Source: an uncultured delta proteobacterium (GTDB lineage: Bacteria; Desulfobacterota; Binatia; HRBIN30; BPIQ01). Taken from it: a DNA stretch of 64,000 nt. Within the stretch, counting starts at the first letter, position 1; the number at the start of each line of letters is the position of its first letter. Where the stretch lies: NCBI GenBank assembly GCA_963761335.1, contig CAVXGR010000018.1:704001-768000 (forward strand). Direction: 5' to 3'. Shown here piece after piece: positions 58,901 through 64,000 of this stretch. The position numbers were made by a program, and so were the translations under genes. The notes under the pieces were generated by a model that was not told the DNA's origin, made no database searches, and saw only the letters and a list, made by a program, of their open reading frames with translations.

Positions 58901-60601
58901 GGCCCGGCGGGCTGCGCCACGGTGGCGAGCGACATGAGCTCGGCCGAGTGCGCCGGCGCTGCCTACTACACCTACACCCTACACGACGGCTCCGGGCAGG
59001 AGCACTCGCTGACCGCGATGGCGGGCCAGTCGGTCGATCTGGGAGCCTCGGTCACCGCCGTGAACGGCGTCGACACCTACTCCGCGGATCTGCTCAAGTA
59101 CGGATACAGCTTCACCAGCACGGACCAGGACAACACCCAGATCACGGCCGACTCGACGTTTCGGCGCGATCTGCAGGGGCACGTGCTGCAGGAGCAGGTG
59201 ACGGTGAATACGACCAGCAACAGCGCGGTGGCGCAGGCGCCGGCCACCGCGAGCTCGACCTTCGCCTCGGACGAGTTCGAGTACAACAACATCGACGAGA
59301 AGATCCGCGAGCGCAACAACCTGAGCGACCTGCCCGGGGCGCCGGCGCTCGAGGAGAGCTACACCTACGACCCGGCCGGCAACCTGAAGACGCTGACCAC
59401 ATACTCGGGCACCGAGTTCCAGAACTTCTACGACAATCGCAACCGCCTCGTCCGCCACTGCTTCGCGACCGACAGCGGGTCGGAAGGCGAGAAGATGGTC
59501 CTCGACCCGGTGACCGGCGCCATCATGAAGGTCACCCATTTCACCGATCCGGGAGCGTGCACTGCCGACGACAGCGGCGACGTCGACGCCGTGAGCGAGA
59601 GCTACACCTACACGCGCTTCGGGGCGATCCAGTCAATCGCGTACTCGGACGGCACCACGCTCGAGTGGGCCTACGATCCGTACCAGCGGCTGGCGTGCTT
59701 CGCCGACGCGCTGGCGACGACGAGCGGCCACCACTGCCCCGCCTCGCCCGTCGTTGTCGGGTTCTTGCCCGACCCTTCGGAGCAGCTCACGTACTACGTC
59801 TACTGGCCCGACAGCGACGCCTACCGGCGCGGCCTGCTGGAGAGCAAATGCCGAGGCGTGCCGGACGGCAGCGGCGGCTTCGTCACCAAGTGCATGAAGA
59901 CCGATTACTACACGCCGGTCGACGTCGGCGGCAGCTGCTCGCCGGCGCTGTCCGGCCTCGTCGGCGCTTTCGCCTCGACGGTGAAGACGGAGACGTACTG
60001 CACCGGCGGCAGCTGCGATAATGGCGGCGCTCTCGTCTATCAAACCACCTACAAGTACGACGAGCACCGCCGCCCCTGCCAGGTCGAATCGCTCAACGCC
60101 AGCAACAAGGTGATGCTCGCCTCGGGCTACCGCTACGACCAGTTCGACGACGTCGTGCACGAGGACAGCACATCCGATATCGACACCAGCAACGACAGCA
60201 ACTACCAGATCGACTACACCTACGACGGTCTGTTGCGGCTGGTCGAGGAGAACCGCCAGGATCTCAGCGGCAACCTGATCAAGGACACGAAATACGAGTA
60301 CGACGCCGCCTCGAACCTGATCCGGAAGACCGAGGAGGAGCCGGACGTAGGGGCCGGGGAGGGAACCCCGACGCCGACGGTGCGCGCCACAGTCGCGACA
60401 CCGGCGATCCCGACGGCAACGCCAGCCACTGCAACCAGCTCGCCGACTCTCGCGGTCGCCGCCCACGACGAAGGCTGTGAGGTCGGGCACAGCGGCGGCG
60501 CCTCCTGGCCGCTCTTGCTGCCGATCGCGCTTGTCCCACTGCTGTGGAGGCGCCGGCGGCCGGCGCGCGAGGGGTTTGACAGGACAAACACCGGAGCCTG
60601 A
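55970..60601 (+). CDS. Large secreted Cys-rich YD-repeat (Rhs/TcB-like shell) protein without Rhs core, with PT linker and MYXO-CTERM-like anchor
   Basis: Signal peptide; VNGRTGD..LPG..LSLALSY..GLPYGWSL; YDAFGN, YDVQGR, DGLGR, YDPAGN, YDGLLRL, YDAASNL; ends DEGC..WPLLLPIALVPLLWRRRR; RBS GGAGAGG; alternative ATG 55946. Confidence 0.85.
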   Translation: MNRYLVVVLVLSGTLSLAAPAGAQSGSNASNYQGGAQLSVNGRTGDVTMAVTLVDLPGVVSDLGLSLALSYRSDEARTNIQNNTRNFGLPYGWSLGLAFIYNDGGAIKLNVDGTQVYQLDDNWRTSFTPIGASTPMFVKTGLMQYNRADASLKSDNGSVTVNGLGSAYIFTNIGGQTKYFSPGGLLIREADRFGNHIDYHYLNTVTSGNASNSTTAANATLSAMIDTWGNTVTIGPCLDPESCVANETRITLPDGRTMGWVAPDAYTITEIIDTEGMVTHLQWQSSTCGDQSYGNRRMVSMTTPVGGMTSLTYTCLDVCLEPSATQCTQKTSWSVVDTEYECPNNQSGVACPAGSPNGDFLTTTYQYKTAENVDNYTGYPRYSPYHPSVANADALMSAPDAGSFQYTTVVSKRRANGATIHQIETDYNFLHLQQEQRVYVSDGSSSNLMLSKQTSYCYPISDTAPATGCPLTTANYQQLPSNYQSPIIEGSCQYNVTGDAATSGARRSTMTTTYDAFGNVVGKRIYHATGAEGIVASCDRPTRLSTTGMRLVTDDYMQYDTPTTVGSDGFVELGAASGHFGLMLGQQSFVYLDEDDSGVGAHPQLQGASGPVLVKLVCNQLTSAASGPEAAGTDIKTSTSGLMATSASAPATLGIVGACPQPEGGGGGSSWISVPAPPKTTTFTYDVQGRSLTQTTSWASGYTAPGGVSSTSQDFAYSLSATAADEESCAGNSSVLQITSTDSQGNSTVNRLCTLNGFHLSAADPNGNKTLMEHSANGLVSKTTHADGTHVDVQYYYACPVAQDGRTATCPNTSAVMQNCPYDSQTPKRNCVAETMSSGEGQSSFVDGVTKVTIRDGLGRIVEDLDNLGDSPGAGYTAMETTKAMVYDDRGMLAKSSVSMGATNPLVYQTITTLGPKLRPSLVCGPRGDTQQFVHDDVNQETKAIFNGNDREAYVTNDSEKLTTIANCALTANQTTAGPAGCATVASDMSSAECAGAAYYTYTLHDGSGQEHSLTAMAGQSVDLGASVTAVNGVDTYSADLLKYGYSFTSTDQDNTQITADSTFRRDLQGHVLQEQVTVNTTSNSAVAQAPATASSTFASDEFEYNNIDEKIRERNNLSDLPGAPALEESYTYDPAGNLKTLTTYSGTEFQNFYDNRNRLVRHCFATDSGSEGEKMVLDPVTGAIMKVTHFTDPGACTADDSGDVDAVSESYTYTRFGAIQSIAYSDGTTLEWAYDPYQRLACFADALATTSGHHCPASPVVVGFLPDPSEQLTYYVYWPDSDAYRRGLLESKCRGVPDGSGGFVTKCMKTDYYTPVDVGGSCSPALSGLVGAFASTVKTETYCTGGSCDNGGALVYQTTYKYDEHRRPCQVESLNASNKVMLASGYRYDQFDDVVHEDSTSDIDTSNDSNYQIDYTYDGLLRLVEENRQDLSGNLIKDTKYEYDAASNLIRKTEEEPDVGAGEGTPTPTVRATVATPAIPTATPATATSSPTLAVAAHDEGCEVGHSGGASWPLLLPIALVPLLWRRRRPAREGFDRTNTGA

Positions 60602-60631
60602 GCGCCTTCTTGCGGTAGGGAAAAAAGGACG

Positions 60632-60829
60632 ATGCTCAAAACAGTTTGTCTCAGGTTGATGCTGGTGGCCATGGTGGTGCTGGCGGCGTGCGGCGACGAC
60701 AGCGGCGGCAATGCGAACCCCCCGGGGGGACCGCTGCTCGGCACCGTACAGTGCGATTCGAGCTCGGATAGCTGCGTGGGCACGCACACGCGACTGCTCG
60801 CCGTCTCTCACGCGGTTGCAAAGGAGTAA
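60632..60829 (+). CDS. Small lipoprotein, truncated paralogue of the downstream gene's N-terminus
   Basis: Lipobox LAAC; QCDSSSDSCVGTHTRLLAVSHA versus downstream QCDPASDSCAAAHTQLFAISHA. Confidence 0.6.
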   Translation: MLKTVCLRLMLVAMVVLAACGDDSGGNANPPGGPLLGTVQCDSSSDSCVGTHTRLLAVSHAVAKE

Positions 60830-60833
60830 GACG

Positions 60834-63800
60834 ATGAGATCGTTCAGAAGAGCCGGTATTGCCACCGTGGCGATTGTGCTGGCGTCGGTGTCCCTCACCG
60901 CCTGCGGCGGCAATGGCAGCGGTCTCGGGGGCGCGCCGCCGCTCGAGGAGCCGCCGAGCGAGGGGCAGCAGTGCGACCCGGCCTCGGACTCCTGCGCGGC
61001 CGCGCACACCCAGTTGTTCGCCATCTCGCACGCCTTCGTCGATCCCACCAACACTGTCTACTACCGCGTGACCGTGCCGGCGCGGAGCACCGGCACCGAC
61101 TGGGGCGACGGCACCAACGGCTTCTTCTACCAAGCCGTCGTCAACGGCAGCACGACATCGAGCTACGTTCCTTTCAACGGCGTCGCCGTCGGCGATGACA
61201 ACCGGCCGATGCTGCCGCAGTTCAGCTTCATCGTCGCGGCGGATGTCTCCGCAGGCGAGCAGAACACGACGCTCGAGGTCGACCTCTGCGCGTCCGATTA
61301 TCAGACCGGCAGCAGCCCGACGTGCGCCAAGCCTCTGTGGACCGACTCATACGCTTCGTTGCCGGCCCCGTCGGTAGGGCTCGGCCCCGCCAGCGATCCG
61401 TTCAACTCCTTATCGCCGCCGAGCGTCCTCTTCACCGCCGAGACGGGCTCGACTGTGGCGGTGCCGGACAACGGCGTCCATCCGGGCGTCCTGGAGGTCT
61501 GCCCATCCGTGAATGGCGGCTCATCGTGCGCGGCGCCGGACGCGCTCAGCGACGAGCAGCTGCAATGGTTCTACGACCACGTGCTCTTCTTCGACCTGGA
61601 CGGAAAACCCTACACCAACGACATCTTCAACGACTCGGCCGAGCATCGCAGCATCGGGGTGCTGACGCTGCAGGAGGCGGCCTTCCCCATCTCTGCGACC
61701 GAGTACCGCACGCGCTACGGCAGCACGACCGCGATCACGGCCAGGGAGTTACCCGTCAAGCAGTTCTTCTTCTACAGCAAGAACACAAGCGCGGCGTCGG
61801 CCATCACCGTCGGCGTGCAGTACCTCTACGACGACGCGAGCTGCCCCGGGTCTCTCAACGGCATTGGCTGCGGCAGCTCGACCATCACCGGCGAGGTGAA
61901 CATCCAGCCGGCGGCGGCGGTCTCTCCGGAGAGTGGGTTGAACGGCAACGTCGTGGCGAATCCGACCAACCCGAATGTGCCCGCCGGTACGCTGGAGACA
62001 CGGAGCATCGAGTTCCAGATGCGCGGCGCCAACTCGACGTGTACGGAGGCGGTGAACCCACTGGCCGTCAACCCCGGTGGCTCACCGTCGGGTGCGGGTG
62101 AGCTGCAGCCCAATCGGCCGAACTACGTCATCGACGACGGCCAGAACGCGTCGGCGTTGTGGGGAAAGCGATTTTCGCCCGGGCTGTACTACGTGCTGCC
62201 CGCCGGCTTCGGCAACTGCGCCGTGAACCAGCAACCGTTCTGCGACCTGACCGGCGGCTACGCCGCCTACGTGCCGCACTATACCCCGGAGGGGGGGGCG
62301 CTCAACGGCGGCAGTACGGATCAGACGTTCGTCGACGGGTTCATTCTCGCCGACCAGTACCAGCTGCCCGGTTTGTCCGGCAGTACCACGAACTCGTTGA
62401 TCTGGTTCGACAACTGCGGCTACGGCTACGTCTACGACGAGTGCAGCAGCGGCTGCACCGCCACGCTCGGGACCCGCAAGCAGCCACTCCCCCCGCCGCC
62501 TTCCGGCACGATCTACACGTACACGGTGGCGAACAAGAGACCGGGAGCGGTGGTCTTCGGCAAGGAGTGCTGCGCCAGCGAGTACCAGCAGGAGCAGCTC
62601 GACCAGAGCACCACGGTGGTCTTTCCGCCTGTGCAGATCGACGACGCCTACGGGGTTTTCATCGCGCCGAACCAGAGCGTCGAGTACCAGACCCTGTTCA
62701 GTGACGAGGCCCTGGTCGTCTACGACGCGGCAACGGGAAACCGGCTGCACAAGCTGAGGCTCAGCCCTTCGCAGAACAAGGAGTACGCCTGTGCAGATCC
62801 GTCGTGCAACGGCGGGCCGTTCCGCGACGATTGCCCGTCGGTGACGGTCTCCGCGGGGTCGGCGAGCCACAGCTACACGGTCGACCTCTTCGCCACCGGT
62901 CAGGGATCGACCGGGTGCGCACCGGTCGGCAATTGTCCGTTCGGAATGTCGACCGCCAGCGACGGGGCGTTCGTCACCTGCACGGCGACGGTCTCTTCCT
63001 TCCTGCTGGCCGTCCCCGAATGGGCCGCGGAGACTCTCCCCGCGGTCAACTTCGTGCAGCTGCGCGCCTGGGGCGGAACGGGCTCGCAGGGGTCGGATAC
63101 AAAAGAACATGACGGTGGCGCCGGCGGCGGGAACGGCTTCGCGGCAACCTACCTCGATCCGGCCGATTCGACCTGGGAGGGCAATCTGTACGCCTACGTC
63201 GGCAGCAGGAATAACTCGTCGAATCGATACGGCGGGTCTTCCAGCATCCTGACGCGTCGTGCGTTGAGCTCGTTCGCACCCTCCGAGCTCGATTTCGGAA
63301 GCAAGAGCACGTCTCCGTCTCAAGCCGCGATCCTGCTCATCGCCGGCGGAGGGGGAGGCGGAGGAGCAGGCGGCGAATCCGAGGACAATGTCACGCCGGG
63401 GGTTGGGGGGGCCGGCGGTGTAACCTACGCCAACCATGCCGGCGCCGCGCTCGCCAGCCCCGGCGCCGCTGCTAACGCGAAGGGTAGCGACGGAACGCAA
63501 TACGAGGACCCCGTCTATGTTCTACACATTCACAGCGGACAAGGTGGCAACCAGGCGGGTGACAGCGCCGGTGGCCAAGGCTCCGCCAACGGGAGCGACG
63601 CCATCGGGGGCTTCGGAGGAGGGCCGAACAAATGGAGCGACGGCGGCAGCCTTGTTCCGCCGAGCAGTTGGGCTCCGGGTTCAGGTGGCAGCTCCGGTAA
63701 TCACGGAGGAATGGGTGGCGGCGGCTGGGGCGGCGGGGGGGAAGGCAGCGACGATTCCAGCTCTCAAGGGGGCAGCGGCGGCGGTGGCGGCGGCAGCTGG

Positions 63801-64000
63801 GCCGCCGGCAATACGGTAAACGACCCGACCGCGCCGCCGTACGAACTGAACAGCCCATCCAACCCGGCAGGCAACGGCGGTGCCGTGCAGATCGCGTATC
63901 TGGCTGCGAATCGCGCCATCCTCTATCGCGTCAACGCCGGCGGCGATACCGTCGCCGCCACGGACGGTGGCCCTCCCTGGACTGCCGACACCCTGCTGGG
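60834..64000 (+). CDS. Large Cys-rich lipoprotein with a glycine-rich domain and the start of a malectin-like domain; runs off the window edge
   Basis: MRSFRRAGIATVAIVLASVSLTAC; start and end of the region translate in the same frame and the ORF track lists no stopped ORF in it; LRAWGG..LYAYVG..ILLIAGGGGGGG; ends LYRVNAGGDTVAATDGGPPWTAD. Confidence 0.8.
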   Translation, partial: MRSFRRAGIATVAIVLASVSLTACGGNGSGLGGAPPLEEPPSEGQQCDPASDSCAAAHTQLFAISHAFVDPTNTVYYRVTVPARSTGTDWGDGTNGFFYQAVVNGSTTSSYVPFNGVAVGDDNRPMLPQFSFIVAADVSAGEQNTTLEVDLCASDYQTGSSPTCAKPLWTDSYASLPAPSVGLGPASDPFNSLSPPSVLFTAETGSTVAVPDNGVHPGVLEVCPSVNGGSSCAAPDALSDEQLQWFYDHVLFFDLDGKPYTNDIFNDSAEHRSIGVLTLQEAAFPISATEYRTRYGSTTAITARELPVKQFFFYSKNTSAASAITVGVQYLYDDASCPGSLNGIGCGSSTITGEVNIQPAAAVSPESGLNGNVVANPTNPNVPAGTLETRSIEFQMRGANSTCTEAVNPLAVNPGGSPSGAGELQPNRPNYVIDDGQNASALWGKRFSPGLYYVLPAGFGNCAVNQQPFCDLTGGYAAYVPHYTPEGGALNGGSTDQTFVDGFILADQYQLPGLSGSTTNSLIWFDNCGYGYVYDECSSGCTATLGTRKQPLPPPPSGTIYTYTVANKRPGAVVFGKECCASEYQQEQLDQSTTVVFPPVQIDDAYGVFIAPNQSVEYQTLFSDEALVVYDAATGNRLHKLRLSPSQNKEYACADPSCNGGPFRDDCPSVTVSAGSASHSYTVDLFATGQGSTGCAPVGNCPFGMSTASDGAFVTCTATVSSFLLAVPEWAAETLPAVNFVQLRAWGGTGSQGSDTKEHDGGAGGGNGFAATYLDPADSTWEGNLYAYVGSRNNSSNRYGGSSSILTRRALSSFAPSELDFGSKSTSPSQAAILLIAGGGGGGGAGGESEDNVTPGVGGAGGVTYANHAGAALASPGAAANAKGSDGTQYEDPVYVLHIHSGQGGNQAGDSAGGQGSANGSDAIGGFGGGPNKWSDGGSLVPPSSWAPGSGGSSGNHGGMGGGGWGGGGEGSDDSSSQGGSGGGGGGSWAAGNTVNDPTAPPYELNSPSNPAGNGGAVQIAYLAANRAILYRVNAGGDTVAATDGGPPWTADTLL

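Overview
High-GC bacterial DNA. Gene content and intergenic repeat style suggest a Binatota- or Myxococcota-like lineage (inference only). About 41 plausible CDS; I saw no rRNA, tRNA or CRISPR array. 1-46 kb is mostly housekeeping and metabolic: a GH2 glycosidase, an Lhr helicase, GT-C-like membrane proteins, YjbQ, PPi-phosphofructokinase, a YegD-like Hsp70, fatty-acid catabolism enzymes, a class A PBP, a triple F-type lectin surface protein, an ExbB-ExbD-TonB-like/vWA-TPR-M1 peptidase cluster, and a TetR/diiron/FAD cluster. Several families of palindromic repeats are scattered between genes, and one copy sits in frame inside lhr. From about 46.3 kb an accessory island carries a vapBC pair, a wHTH-AAA-TPR regulator and the most striking feature, an apparently split Rhs system. 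Three tandem signal-peptide-bearing mini-Rhs proteins (a few YD repeats, the Rhs core with DPSG, and a permuted papain-like C-terminus, with no immunity genes) precede one large Cys-rich YD-shell protein that lacks the Rhs core and ends in a MYXO-CTERM-like anchor. Two related lipoproteins follow. Other notable items: an apparently circularly permuted esterase lipoprotein, a T9 frameshift in a flippase-methyltransferase fusion, and a likely assembly artefact (poly-G plus duplication) at 10.2-10.7 kb. All family assignments come from motif recognition by eye, without database searches.
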